A model generated the notes under the pieces. The model had not been told where the DNA came from, made no database searches, and was given only the letters and a program-made list of their open reading frames with translations. The position numbers and the translations under genes were made by a program. This document shows positions 1 to 10,039 of a stretch of DNA of 64,000 nt, one piece after another (positions within the stretch are counted from its first letter, which is position 1; each line of letters opens with the position of its first letter). This stretch comes from Eubacterium sp. (lineage in GTDB: Bacteria; Bacillota; Clostridia; Lachnospirales; Lachnospiraceae): positions 22,987 through 86,986 of the forward strand of contig DNFT01000032.1 in NCBI GenBank assembly GCA_003486385.1, given 5' to 3'.

Positions 1-71
1 AGCCGGGACATACCTGCCCCGGCTTCACAATTGCTTTGTTATTGCTTCACAATTGTGAAGCAATAACAAAG
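1..71. repeat. Two tandem stem-loops at the window edge: a hairpin AGCCGGG-N10-CCCGGCT at 1-24, and a 38-nt perfect palindrome CTTTGTTATTGCTTCACAA|TTGTGAAGCAATAACAAAG at 34-71. They lie just 3' of the kduD stop codon.
   Basis: Inverted repeats read directly from the sequence. Positioned where a terminator or REP-like element would sit; no U-tract follows. Confidence 0.5.
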
Positions 72-89
72 TGAAAGTATAGCTCTCTA

Positions 90-887
90 TTACTGTGGCT
101 GCTTTCCTATGTATGCAAGGATACCGCCGTCAACATAGAGGATGTGTCCGTTAACTGCATCAGATGCATCTGAGGCAAGGAATACAGCAGGACCTGCAAG
201 CTCTTCAGGCTTAAGCCATCTCTCAGCAGGTGTCTTTGCAATGATGAAGGAATCGAAAGGATGTCTTGAACCATCAGCCTGTCTCTCACGAAGAGGAGCT
301 GTCTGAGGTGTCTCAATGTAACCAGGTCCGATACCATTACACTGGATGTTGTATCTGCCGTACTCAGAACAGATGTTCTTTGTAAGCATCTTAAGACCGC
401 CCTTAGCTGCAGCGTAAGCTGAAACTGTCTCACGGCCGAGCTCTGACATCATTGAGCAGATGTTTATAATCTTACCATGACCCTTCTTGATCATAGAAGG
501 GATAACAGCCTTAGATACGATGAATGGAGCGTTGAGGTCAACATCGATAACCTGTCTGAACTCTGCTGCTGTCATATCGCACATAGGTATTCTCTTGATG
601 ATACCTGCATTGTTTACAAGGATATCGATTACGCCGACTTCCTTCTCAATCTGTGCAACGAGTGCATTAACCTGCTCCTCATTGGTAACATCACATACAT
701 AACCGTGAGCCTCTATACCAAGCTCCTTATATGCTGCAAGTCCCTTATCTACTAACTCCTGCTTAATATCGTTGAAGCAGATTGTCGCTCCTGCCTTTGC
801 GTATGCGGAAGCAATTGCAAAACCGATACCGTAAGAAGCACCTGTAACTAAAGCTATTTTGCCTTCAAGTGAAAAATTAACTGACAT
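90..887 (-). CDS. kduD: SDR-family oxidoreductase, probably 2-dehydro-3-deoxy-D-gluconate 5-dehydrogenase
   Basis: TGASYGIG Rossmann motif and a YAAAK catalytic motif (YxxxK). Sits directly downstream of kduI. Confidence 0.7.
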   Translation of the reverse strand: MSVNFSLEGKIALVTGASYGIGFAIASAYAKAGATICFNDIKQELVDKGLAAYKELGIEAHGYVCDVTNEEQVNALVAQIEKEVGVIDILVNNAGIIKRIPMCDMTAAEFRQVIDVDLNAPFIVSKAVIPSMIKKGHGKIINICSMMSELGRETVSAYAAAKGGLKMLTKNICSEYGRYNIQCNGIGPGYIETPQTAPLRERQADGSRHPFDSFIIAKTPAERWLKPEELAGPAVFLASDASDAVNGHILYVDGGILAYIGKQPQ

Positions 888-949
888 TTTTCATTCTCCT
901 TTTTATGTAATATATATTCGGCATAACTGATATGCCATGAAAATCCTTA

Positions 950-1792
950 TTATCTAAGGTCTTTCATATCAACGTCATCCATATCGTCGAAATCCTGATT
1001 CTCGCCAACCATGCCCCAGATAAATGTATATGCATGTGTAGCGGAAGCTGAATGGATTGACCAGCTTGGTGAAATCACAGCTTCCTCATTTCTCATAACG
1101 ATATGTCTTGTCTGCGTCGGCTCACCCATATAGTGGAATACGACATCATTCTCAGGAACTTCGAAATAGAGGTATACCTCCATTCTTCTGTCATGTGTGT
1201 GGCATGGCATCGTGTTCCATACGCTGCCCGGCTCAAGTGCGGTCATACCCATCTCAAGCTGACAGCTCTCAACCTGTCCCGGAAGAATATACTTGCGGAT
1301 AGTTCTGTGGTTAGCATTCTCAAGACAGCCAAGCTCCTTCTTATTCTCAGGAAGGATATCCTTCTCAGGGTTAATGAATACAGTAGGATAAGTCTTATGT
1401 GCCGGAGCACTGTTAAAGTAAAACTTAGCAGGATTCTCTGCATCGGCACTCTCAAAAATAACTTCCTTGGTACCCATGCCTATATATATTCCATCCTTAT
1501 AATCAAAATCATACTTGACACCGTCTAAGGTCATTGTTCCCTTGCCACCGATGTTGATGACACCCATCTCTCTTCTCTCAAGAAAGTATGCTGCTCTGAG
1601 CTCATCGCCCGCTGTGAGCTTAAGTGCCTTGCCTGCAGGTGTGGCAGAACCAACAATAATTCTATCAATCTGGCTGTAGATAGTCTTTATCTCGCCCGGT
1701 ACAAATACATCCTGAATTAAGAAATCATGTCTCAGTCTGTCTGTATCGTAATTCTTTACATCATTAGGATTAGCTCCCGGTCTGACTTCCAT
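950..1792 (-). CDS. kduI: 5-dehydro-4-deoxy-D-glucuronate isomerase
   Basis: 280 aa, the expected length for KduI, with the characteristic N-terminal region; paired with kduD. Confidence 0.8.
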   Translation of the reverse strand: MEVRPGANPNDVKNYDTDRLRHDFLIQDVFVPGEIKTIYSQIDRIIVGSATPAGKALKLTAGDELRAAYFLERREMGVINIGGKGTMTLDGVKYDFDYKDGIYIGMGTKEVIFESADAENPAKFYFNSAPAHKTYPTVFINPEKDILPENKKELGCLENANHRTIRKYILPGQVESCQLEMGMTALEPGSVWNTMPCHTHDRRMEVYLYFEVPENDVVFHYMGEPTQTRHIVMRNEEAVISPSWSIHSASATHAYTFIWGMVGENQDFDDMDDVDMKDLR

Positions 1793-1889
1793 AGTAATAT
1801 CTCCTTTACCAAAAATTCACTGATAATTATATTAACACATAAAAATAAAATAATCAATTAACGATATTTTATTCACAAAGTATGACAAT

Positions 1890-2639
1890 TTATTCACAAA
1901 CTATTGCTTCAAGTGTCTCTCCAATGGGCTCCCTTATAATCAGATCCGCCATGCTGTCGCTGGAGGTAGGTGCCTTGTTGATAAGGACAATGTGCCTGCC
2001 GGAGAAATATCTGATAAGCCCTGCCGCAGGATACACCGTAAGTGAGGTTCCGCCTATAATCAGCATATCGGCATTCCGGATATGCTTTATCGCACCGCTC
2101 ACAACATTATCGTCAAGTCCCTCCTCATACAGGACAACCTTGGGCTTGATAATTCCGTTGCAGACACCTCCGGTCTCATCCTTGACCTGACATCTTGGTA
2201 TTCCCCTGCTTTCGATAATAGTTGAAAGAGGGTACTCCCTGCCACATCTGGTGCAATAATTTTTCATTATTGTGCCGTGAAGCTCATAGACAGATTTGCT
2301 TCCGGCTGCCTGATGCAGTCCATCAATATTCTGGGTTATCACAGCCTTGAGCTTTCCCTGCTTCTCAAGCTCTGCAAGAGCGTAATGCGCCTTATTCGGT
2401 TTTGCCTCTGTATAAATCATCTTATCGCGGTAGAAATCATAGAACTCCTTCGGCTTTTGTACAAAAAAGCTGTGGCTCAGTATAGTCTCCGGCGGATACT
2501 TGTATTTCTGGTTATACAGTCCATCTGTACTCCTGAAATCCGGGATATTGCTCTCGGTGGAGACACCTGCCCCACCGAAGAATACAATATAATTGCTCTC
2601 GTCAATCCATTTTTTTAGTGTAATCTGTTCATCTGTCAT
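1890..2639 (-). CDS. cobB: NAD-dependent protein deacylase (Sir2 family)
   Basis: GAGVSTESNIPDFRS sirtuin motif and a Zn-binding CxxC pair. I prefer the MTDEQ start because GGAGG lies 8 nt upstream. Confidence 0.85.
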   Translation of the reverse strand: MTDEQITLKKWIDESNYIVFFGGAGVSTESNIPDFRSTDGLYNQKYKYPPETILSHSFFVQKPKEFYDFYRDKMIYTEAKPNKAHYALAELEKQGKLKAVITQNIDGLHQAAGSKSVYELHGTIMKNYCTRCGREYPLSTIIESRGIPRCQVKDETGGVCNGIIKPKVVLYEEGLDDNVVSGAIKHIRNADMLIIGGTSLTVYPAAGLIRYFSGRHIVLINKAPTSSDSMADLIIREPIGETLEAIVCE

Positions 2640-2708
2640 ATCAATGCCTCCATTCAACAGATATTAGAACTGTACATTAAAATAACGAAAAATATATTTC
2701 AGAGCAGT

Positions 2709-5102
2709 TTATTTTACATCAAGCTCTATGCTATATGTCTTTCCAAGTGACTTGATTGTGAGCTTGCCGCTGCCGCTCTGCCCCATTGTCTTAACGTATG
2801 TTCCTGCTGCGCCACCTATAAATGGCACTACACAAGGTCCGATAATCTCAACAGGTCCCTCAACAGAAAGCTCAACAGGCGCATTGCAATAGTACAGACG
2901 GTTTCCGTTCTCGTCAACCGCTTCCATACGGATTGAAGCCACATCGTAGGTTGAAGCCTCGACAAGCTTTGTCTTATCGATTTTCACAATAAAATCCGCC
3001 GAGGTCATCGGCTGCTTCTTAACAACCGCAACGACTTCTCCGTTTTTGACCGCCTCAAAGCGATAGGTGGTTGCTAAATCTCCCCAGTTGCCTACATAGG
3101 TATTATACATGCGGCTGATATCCTTGAGCGTCAATCCTGAGGTCTTCATTATAAAATTCCTTTTAAGCCTGAGTGCTGCTGAAAGATTGCCGTCTGCGCC
3201 GCCTTCATCCACCATTGCAAACATAAGCTGTTTAAGCGCTTCTGATGTCTCGTGCGGAAGACCTTCGTTAGTCTCGAGAAGGTTGCCGACACGGTCATTG
3301 ATAAGAATAGGTGGATTTACCATATTAGTGAACGGTGAATCTGCATGGGTATATTCGCGAATCATCTGCTCATTCTTATACAGGCGCACGCTGTCTGCAT
3401 TAGTAAGGACATAGAAATCACCTACTGTACATGATGGATGGTCACCTATCTCGACAGATGACGTGACGTAGAGTACATCATTTTTATTACCCTGACTGGC
3501 ATATACATAGGCGGCTGCCTTCGGATTGCGGAACATATCCATAACTCCGTGATAACATATTCTGTCACCGCTTCCAAAATCCCTGTGAGTGTTATAATCA
3601 TTCATGCACCATCCGAAGCATCCTGCTATATCATCCTGCCCAAGCATATCATTTATTACTCTCGCATGTCTTACAGCGTGTGAAAGTCTATGCTCTTCAT
3701 CGTCAAATGATTTCGTAGGGTACATATGTCCGCCATACTCTGAAATCAGGTAAGGCTTTTCAACATCTGAGGTCGCCTCAGACTTTGGTATAACACCCGG
3801 ATTATTTCCGACATGTGAAAAATCATTGTAGGTATATACATCCTCGAGCAGATGGCTCTTCTTAAAGCAGCGCACTCCGCCGGTTGCCCTTGAACGGTCA
3901 AGTGAATGAGCGATTTTATTCGTTCTCTCGTAAAATACATCATCGTCACCTGATTCATTTATGCGGACGCCCCATATAATTATTGAAGGGTGATTACGGT
4001 ACTGCTTTACCATCTCAGACACACTTTCACATGCGATGCGCTTCCAGTTCTCATCACCGACATACTGCCATCCCGGAAGCTCGGTAAAGACAAGCAGGCC
4101 AAGCTCGTCACATTTATTTATAAAATGCTGTGACTGCGTATAGTGTGATGTCCTGACCGCATTCACACATAACTCATTTTTGAGGATGACCGCATCGTTT
4201 TCCTGAACAGACTTCGGCATGGCATATCCGACATACGGGTAGCTCTGGTGTCTGTTAAGCCCGATAAGTCTTAACTTCTTTCCGTTAAGATAGAAGCCAT
4301 CCTTTTTAAATACTGCTGTTCTGAAACCGAATTGTACAGTCTTTTCATCAAGAACTTCGTCCTTTCTTAAAAGCTTGATTGTAAGGCTGTAAAGTACAGG
4401 ATTATCAACACTCCAAAGGCTGATATTATCCACTCTTCTGTTAAGGTGCATGACATTCTTCTTTACAGGTGCCCTGAGAGAGAAGAGTTCATTTCCATCC
4501 TTGTCATTCAAGTATGCTTCCGCCGCATAGTCATCCGAGGCTTCAATATTATTCTTAAAATTGAATGTAATCTCCGATTTCAATATTGCAGGTTCTATCT
4601 CTGTAATGACATATACATCCTCCACATAGTCCTCAGACCTGATGTCAAGATATACCTCTCTGTAAATTCCGCCATATGTCATATAATCAATAACCTTGCC
4701 AAACGGAGGAATATTAAGATTCTCCCTGCTGTCACATACGACCGCAAGGACATTATCGCGGTCCTTTACAAGGTAAGGTGTGATATCTACCGTAAATGCG
4801 GTGTATCCACCACAGTGGGTTTCGCAGAGAATGCCATTTATGTACACATCTGCCTTATGTCCAACAGCTTCAAACGTAAGTAATGCCTTCCTGCCCGTCA
4901 TATCTTCATCAATGCTGAACCTCTTGCGGTAGATAGCTATTTTCTGGTAAATTCCCTCGTCAAAATAATTATAAGGAGTCTCGATTACCGTATGAGGAAG
5001 ACGCACTTCCTCGAATTCGGCATCATTAAACCCCGGCTGTTCCATCTCTTCTTTATAGTCCTGACAAAACTTCCAACCATTATTAAAATTGATACGTGAC
5101 AT
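2709..5102 (-). CDS. Glycoside hydrolase family 2 (beta-galactosidase/beta-glucuronidase-like)
   Basis: 797 aa with GH2 architecture (NGWKF N-terminus, TIM-barrel acid/base region). Confidence 0.75.
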   Translation of the reverse strand: MSRINFNNGWKFCQDYKEEMEQPGFNDAEFEEVRLPHTVIETPYNYFDEGIYQKIAIYRKRFSIDEDMTGRKALLTFEAVGHKADVYINGILCETHCGGYTAFTVDITPYLVKDRDNVLAVVCDSRENLNIPPFGKVIDYMTYGGIYREVYLDIRSEDYVEDVYVITEIEPAILKSEITFNFKNNIEASDDYAAEAYLNDKDGNELFSLRAPVKKNVMHLNRRVDNISLWSVDNPVLYSLTIKLLRKDEVLDEKTVQFGFRTAVFKKDGFYLNGKKLRLIGLNRHQSYPYVGYAMPKSVQENDAVILKNELCVNAVRTSHYTQSQHFINKCDELGLLVFTELPGWQYVGDENWKRIACESVSEMVKQYRNHPSIIIWGVRINESGDDDVFYERTNKIAHSLDRSRATGGVRCFKKSHLLEDVYTYNDFSHVGNNPGVIPKSEATSDVEKPYLISEYGGHMYPTKSFDDEEHRLSHAVRHARVINDMLGQDDIAGCFGWCMNDYNTHRDFGSGDRICYHGVMDMFRNPKAAAYVYASQGNKNDVLYVTSSVEIGDHPSCTVGDFYVLTNADSVRLYKNEQMIREYTHADSPFTNMVNPPILINDRVGNLLETNEGLPHETSEALKQLMFAMVDEGGADGNLSAALRLKRNFIMKTSGLTLKDISRMYNTYVGNWGDLATTYRFEAVKNGEVVAVVKKQPMTSADFIVKIDKTKLVEASTYDVASIRMEAVDENGNRLYYCNAPVELSVEGPVEIIGPCVVPFIGGAAGTYVKTMGQSGSGKLTIKSLGKTYSIELDVK

Positions 5103-5134
5103 ACATACCTCCCGATTTTTTCCGAATAGTACTG

Positions 5135-6439
5135 CTATTTTATGATTGTCTTTATAAGCTTCGGTCTTTCTACAGGTTCAGCCGAATAGCTGTAAGACTG
5201 TTCAAGCTCCGATATTGCAGCCGACAGCTTATCATCGTCATTGGCATAGAGCGTTGCAACAGGCTCACCTTTTTTAACTGCATCTCCTACCTTCCTGCGG
5301 ATAAGTATTCCGACCGATAAATCGATACTGCTTTCCTTTGTTTCCCTGCCGCCGCCAAGCTTCATGGCACTTATTCCGACCCTGTCTGACTCAATATGTG
5401 ATACATAGCCGTCCATAGGTGCATATATTTCTTTTACTATTGAAGCCTTAGGTAACAGAGCTGTATTATATACAGGCGCACTGTCCCCGCCCTGAGCTTC
5501 CACAAACTCTGCAAATTTCCTGAGTGCGGAGCCGTCATTCAGCTTCTCAAGCAGGAGCTTTCTCGCCTCATCAATATCTGCTGCCCTGCCCGTTCCAACT
5601 GCCATGAGCGAACCTATTGTAAGACACAGCTCCAGCAAATCCTGCGGACCGTGGCCATTGAGGGTATCTATGGCCTCCTTGACCTCAATTGCGTTTCCGA
5701 CTGCATAGCCCAGAGGTTCATCCATATCAGAAATTACAGCTAAGGTCTTTCTTCCAACATTATTGCCAATCTTGACCATCTCCTTAGCAAGCCTGACGGA
5801 ATCCTCCTCCGTCTTCATAAAAGCGCCGCTTCCGGTCTTGACATCAAGAACAATAACATCTGCGCCTGCAGCAAGCTTCTTGCTCATGATACTGCTTGCG
5901 ATAAGAGGGATACTGTCAACTGTTCCTGTCACATCGCGGAGAGCATACAGCTTCTTGTCGGCAGGAACCATGTTCTTGGTCTGCCCGGCTATCGCAATGC
6001 CGATTCTGTTCACATTGTCGATAAACTGTTCCTCGGAGATTCCGGTTGTGAAGCCCGGAAAGCTCTCAAGCTTATCGATTGTTCCTCCTGTGTGTCCGAG
6101 ACCACGTCCGGACATCTTGGCAACCGGTATTCCAATGGAAGCCGCAAGCGGTGTGAGAACTAATGATGTCTTATCGCCTACGCCGCCTGTGCTGTGCTTA
6201 TCTGCCTTAAGTCCCTTGATTGCGGATAGGTCAAGCATATCACCGCTGCGGGCCATCTCCATTGTAAGGGCTGCAGTCTCTCTTTCGGTCATTCCCATAA
6301 AATATATAGCCATCAACAGAGCAGAAGCCTGATAATCCGGTATGCTTCCATCTGTATAGCCCTTTATGAAAAATGCTATCTCCTCATCTGTGAGAGCTTC
6401 CCCATTTCTCTTTTTGATTATAATATCGTACATTCTCAT
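5135..6439 (-). CDS. pdp: Pyrimidine-nucleoside phosphorylase
   Basis: 434 aa with the canonical Pdp/DeoA N-terminus (KKRNGEALTDEEI...), followed by deoB. Confidence 0.9.
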   Translation of the reverse strand: MRMYDIIIKKRNGEALTDEEIAFFIKGYTDGSIPDYQASALLMAIYFMGMTERETAALTMEMARSGDMLDLSAIKGLKADKHSTGGVGDKTSLVLTPLAASIGIPVAKMSGRGLGHTGGTIDKLESFPGFTTGISEEQFIDNVNRIGIAIAGQTKNMVPADKKLYALRDVTGTVDSIPLIASSIMSKKLAAGADVIVLDVKTGSGAFMKTEEDSVRLAKEMVKIGNNVGRKTLAVISDMDEPLGYAVGNAIEVKEAIDTLNGHGPQDLLELCLTIGSLMAVGTGRAADIDEARKLLLEKLNDGSALRKFAEFVEAQGGDSAPVYNTALLPKASIVKEIYAPMDGYVSHIESDRVGISAMKLGGGRETKESSIDLSVGILIRRKVGDAVKKGEPVATLYANDDDKLSAAISELEQSYSYSAEPVERPKLIKTIIK

Positions 6440-6471
6440 GTCGTTTTCCTCATTGTCAAAAATATTTCCGG

Positions 6472-7638
6472 TTACATTATTTCCTTAAGGAAGCTTTCGC
6501 CTATCACGATAGGCTCTGCACCAAGGTACTCAGCAATCGTCTGTCCGATATCAGCAAAGGATTTTCTGATATGGAGGCTTGCAGGCCTGACATTCTTTCC
6601 ATATACAAGAACCGGAATATACTCCCTTGTATGGTCCGTTCCCGGAGTTGTAGGGTCGCAGCCGTGGTCAGAATTGATTATAAGTATGTCATCCTCCTTC
6701 ATCGCCGCAATGATTTCAGGAAGTCTTGCATCGAAATCCTCAAGCCCCTTGCCGTATCCCGCAGGATCATTTCTATGTCCCCACTTAGAGTCAAATTCTA
6801 CAAGATTGGTAAAAATAAGTCCCTTGTTATCTTCCCTCATATAGCTCACAGTTCTGTCAACACCATCCATATTATCCTTGGTGTGGACTGCCTCGGTTAT
6901 TCCGACACCTGCGAAAATATCCTCAATCTTGCCTACACCTATGACATCCTGCCCGGCATCCTTAACGTGCACAAGCAGATTATTCTGAGGAGGAAGAATG
7001 GCATAATCTCTTCTGTCCGGTGTCCTCTCATAATTGCCCTTTGTGCCTTTAAACGGTCTTGCGATAACTCTTGAAACATTGTGCTCACCATGAAGCAGCT
7101 CTCTCGCAATGCGGCATAGTTCATAGAGTCTCTCAAGAGGTATGACATCAATGTTGGCTGCAATCTGGAAAACGCTGTCGGCCGATGTATATACTATAGG
7201 CTTTCCGGTAGCGGCATGCTCTTCACCCAGCCTCTCGATAATCTCTGTCCCGGAAGCAGTACAATTTCCAAGCACACCCGGTACACCTGTGCGCTTCACA
7301 AATTCATCTATGACCTCAGCCGGAAACCCCTTCGGATATGTCGGAAAAGCAACCTTCGTCTCAATACCAACCATCTCCCAATGTCCGACTGTCGTGTCCT
7401 TACCGTCTGAAAGCTCCGCACACTTGCCGTATGCAGCCGTAGGTACCTGCGTTGTGTCAAGTGCCTTCATACCCTCAATGTTTCCAAGTCCCATTTTAAT
7501 CAGATTAGGGATTTTAAGTCCATTATTATACTCCCATACATGTGCGAGTGTATGGGTGCCAACATCACCGAATCTGGCCGCATCCGGCTGTTCACCCATT
7601 CCAACGCTGTCCAGAATAATCCATATTACTCTCTTCAT
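6472..7638 (-). CDS. deoB: Phosphopentomutase
   Basis: 388 aa, alkaline-phosphatase-superfamily metal ligands, VIWIILDSVG N-terminus. Confidence 0.9.
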   Translation of the reverse strand: MKRVIWIILDSVGMGEQPDAARFGDVGTHTLAHVWEYNNGLKIPNLIKMGLGNIEGMKALDTTQVPTAAYGKCAELSDGKDTTVGHWEMVGIETKVAFPTYPKGFPAEVIDEFVKRTGVPGVLGNCTASGTEIIERLGEEHAATGKPIVYTSADSVFQIAANIDVIPLERLYELCRIARELLHGEHNVSRVIARPFKGTKGNYERTPDRRDYAILPPQNNLLVHVKDAGQDVIGVGKIEDIFAGVGITEAVHTKDNMDGVDRTVSYMREDNKGLIFTNLVEFDSKWGHRNDPAGYGKGLEDFDARLPEIIAAMKEDDILIINSDHGCDPTTPGTDHTREYIPVLVYGKNVRPASLHIRKSFADIGQTIAEYLGAEPIVIGESFLKEIM

Positions 7639-7963
7639 CTATTATCATTCCTTTCATATCAGATACTTATTCGATACACTGCGATTGATATTCCAGCGTT
7701 TTATCCTTATGCAGCATATAAATAGCTATAAGGCGAAATACCCCATTTATATATATTATAACTTACTTTTTGCTTTTATTCAATTAAAATACGATTAAAA
7801 GCATAAAATTCATCAAGAAACAAATATAATCCGACATTTGCATTTTACACGTTAACATGTTATCATAATTCATAAAATATATAATCAGGTAGGTTATATT
7901 CACCAAAGGCTTCTACGAATGTCACTTTTGATAATATCATCCGCTTGAAGAAACGAGGATAAA
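7639..7963. promoter_or_regulatory. Divergent AT-rich promoter region between deoB (minus) and aroF (plus)
   Basis: 325-nt non-coding AT-rich spacer between two divergent start codons. I did not see a T-box or riboswitch consensus in it. Confidence 0.3.
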
Positions 7964-8992
7964 ATGGGATTTGAATATGTAAAAGAGCTTCCTTCACCAC
8001 AGGTTGTAAAAGAGCTTATTCCGGTGAATGAAGAGCTCGCCAATATAAAGCGCGAACGCGATAAGGAGATTGCCGATATCATCACAGGCGATTCATCTAA
8101 ATTTCTGGCAATAGTCGGTCCCTGCTCTGCAGACCATGAGGATCCTGTGTGCGATTACGCATGCCGCCTTGCCAAGGTTCAGGAAAAAATAAAGGATAAG
8201 GTTCTTATCGTTCCGAGAGTATATACCAACAAGCCGCGAACCACGGGAGAGGGCTACAAGGGAATGTTACATCAGCCGGATCCTGAAAAGAAGCCTGATA
8301 TGCTTGCAGGCATAATGGCTATCAGAAAAATGCATATCCGTGTCATGAACGAGACTCACCTCACACCTGCGGATGAGATGCTCTACCCGGAAAACTATGA
8401 TTTTTTATCGGATATTTTGTCATACGTTGCTGTGGGAGCACGTTCGGTCGAGGATCAGCAGCACAGACTTACCGTAAGCGGAATGGACATTCCTGCCGGA
8501 ATGAAGAATCCTACAAGCGGTGACTATACAGTCATGCTCAATTCTGTCGTGGCTGCACAACACGCACATTCCTTCATATATAGAGGCTGGGAGGTAAAGA
8601 CGGACGGAAACCCCCTCACCCACACCATTCTGCGTGGCGCAACAAACAAGCACGGCCAGAACATTCCTAACTATCACTACGAGGATCTTGTAAGGCTTTA
8701 TGAAATGTACAGCCAGAAGAATCTCAAGAATATGGCGACAATCGTGGATTCAAACCACAGCAACTCAAATAAGCAGTATGCTGAGCAGGTGCGTATTGTA
8801 AAGGAAGTATTGGAAAGCAGAAAACACTCCGCCGATGTCAGCAGCCTTGTAAAGGGCGTTATGATAGAGAGCTATATTGAACCTGGCAACCAGAAGATTG
8901 ATGAACATATCTATGGCAAGTCAATCACCGACCCTTGCCTTGGATGGGAGGATACCGAAAAGCTTCTCTACTACATTGCAGAAAATTGCTGA
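7964..8992 (+). CDS. aroF: 3-deoxy-7-phosphoheptulonate (DAHP) synthase, class I
   Basis: 342 aa with the LAIVGPCS motif and KPRT region typical of AroF/AroG. Confidence 0.9.
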   Translation: MGFEYVKELPSPQVVKELIPVNEELANIKRERDKEIADIITGDSSKFLAIVGPCSADHEDPVCDYACRLAKVQEKIKDKVLIVPRVYTNKPRTTGEGYKGMLHQPDPEKKPDMLAGIMAIRKMHIRVMNETHLTPADEMLYPENYDFLSDILSYVAVGARSVEDQQHRLTVSGMDIPAGMKNPTSGDYTVMLNSVVAAQHAHSFIYRGWEVKTDGNPLTHTILRGATNKHGQNIPNYHYEDLVRLYEMYSQKNLKNMATIVDSNHSNSNKQYAEQVRIVKEVLESRKHSADVSSLVKGVMIESYIEPGNQKIDEHIYGKSITDPCLGWEDTEKLLYYIAENC

Positions 8993-9017
8993 TTAGATAA
9001 AAACCCACCTTCTTGAG

Positions 9018-9105
9018 TAGAACAAAAAGCTCACCCTCTCGGATAGAGCAAAAAGCTCACCCTCTCGGATAGAGCAAAAAGCTCACCCTCTCGGGTGAGC
9101 TTTTG
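9018..9105. repeat. Three tandem copies of a 26-nt unit (AGAGCAAAAAGCTCACCCTCTCGGAT). The third copy is an intact bidirectional terminator hairpin, AAAAAGCTCACCC-TCTC-GGGTGAGCTTTT, at 9075-9105.
   Basis: Direct repeats read from the sequence. The last unit has a 10-bp stem flanked by A-run and T-run. The xerD stop codon (9083-9085) lies inside the stem. Confidence 0.7.
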
Positions 9106-9970
9106 TGTATACATCCCGCAATCTTGAATTGGAAAAGGTTGAATATACCTGCGTTGCAGAAACATCAAGATGTCCAAGCAGCTCTGATACTGCATATATG
9201 TCTGCACCATTACTTATCATATGTGCGGCGAAGGAATGTCTGAGTGTATACGGAGTAATATCCTCCTCTATCCCCGCTTTTCCGGCATAAGCCTTAATAA
9301 TCTTCCAGAAGCCCTGACGACTCATAGCCCCACCCCTGATATTAGTAAAAAGATATTCGCTGTCATCCGCGCCGACTAAGGCTCCGCGTCCATCCTTAAG
9401 ATATCGTATCAACGCCTGCTTAGCCTCATTTCCAAATGGAATAATCCGGTCATGCATGACCGTCCTGCAGTTGACGTATCCTATCTGCAAATTGATATCA
9501 TCCATCTTAATGGCGACAAGTTCCGACACCTTTATCCCGGTGGCATAAAGAAGCTCTAACATCGCACGGTCCCGCAGTTGCTTCGGGGAATCGCCATCAG
9601 GTGCGGTTAATAGCTTTACAACATTATCAACCGATATTACTTCAGGTATTTTCTTTTCATGTCTTGGCGGCTTTATATTTAATGCCGGTTCATCAGATAT
9701 TTTACCATTTCTGTGACAATATTCAAAAAAGGCTTTTATTGAAACCACATGCCTTGCAACCGTGGATGGCGCACACCCTTGGCTCTGCAGATACAAGATA
9801 TAAGAATTGATATCCGTCTCTGTAACCTGCGCCCATTCTTCAAGTTTTATTTCAGCCTTTAAGTAATTCATAAGCTTATATAAATCGCTCTTGTATGAAG
9901 CAATTGTATTGTCGGATTTACCTCTGTTTCTTCCGATATATTCTATGTATTCGTCAATTTCCTGTTCCAT
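9083..9970 (-). CDS. xerD: Tyrosine recombinase XerD (chromosome dimer resolution)
   Basis: C-terminal R..HxxR..Y catalytic region (TLRHSFAAHM..GHLDVSATQVY). It sits in the conserved nudix-spoIIM-xerD context. Start chosen at MEQEID, which has an upstream GAAGGA. Confidence 0.85.
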   Translation of the reverse strand: MEQEIDEYIEYIGRNRGKSDNTIASYKSDLYKLMNYLKAEIKLEEWAQVTETDINSYILYLQSQGCAPSTVARHVVSIKAFFEYCHRNGKISDEPALNIKPPRHEKKIPEVISVDNVVKLLTAPDGDSPKQLRDRAMLELLYATGIKVSELVAIKMDDINLQIGYVNCRTVMHDRIIPFGNEAKQALIRYLKDGRGALVGADDSEYLFTNIRGGAMSRQGFWKIIKAYAGKAGIEEDITPYTLRHSFAAHMISNGADIYAVSELLGHLDVSATQVYSTFSNSRLRDVYTKAHPRG

Positions 9971-10039
9971 GATATTCCTTCGTTCTTTCAAGTTGTAAAT
10001 GATATTATAAATAAACAATAACATAAAATCAATATGTTT

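Noticed and set aside
107-433. Numerous 60-190-aa ORFs on the strand opposite to long, well-supported genes (for example 107-433, 3109-3414, 5763-6332, 6571-7074, 24535-25074, 25435-25971, 40292-41083, 52122-52964)
   Set aside because: They lie entirely inside strong homology-supported CDSs on the other strand and have low-complexity S/L/P-rich translations typical of shadow ORFs. No RBS or independent support.
7639-7963. Possible T-box or riboswitch in the long AT-rich region upstream of aroF
   Set aside because: No T-box consensus (AATTAGGGTGGNACCGCG), specifier-loop architecture or terminator/antiterminator pair is visible. It is more likely a plain divergent promoter region.
9083-9970. 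Tyrosine recombinase as a marker of an integrated mobile element
   Set aside because: It sits in the conserved nudix-spoIIM-xerD chromosomal context with no att-like repeats, phage genes or integron features, so I interpret it as the housekeeping XerD.
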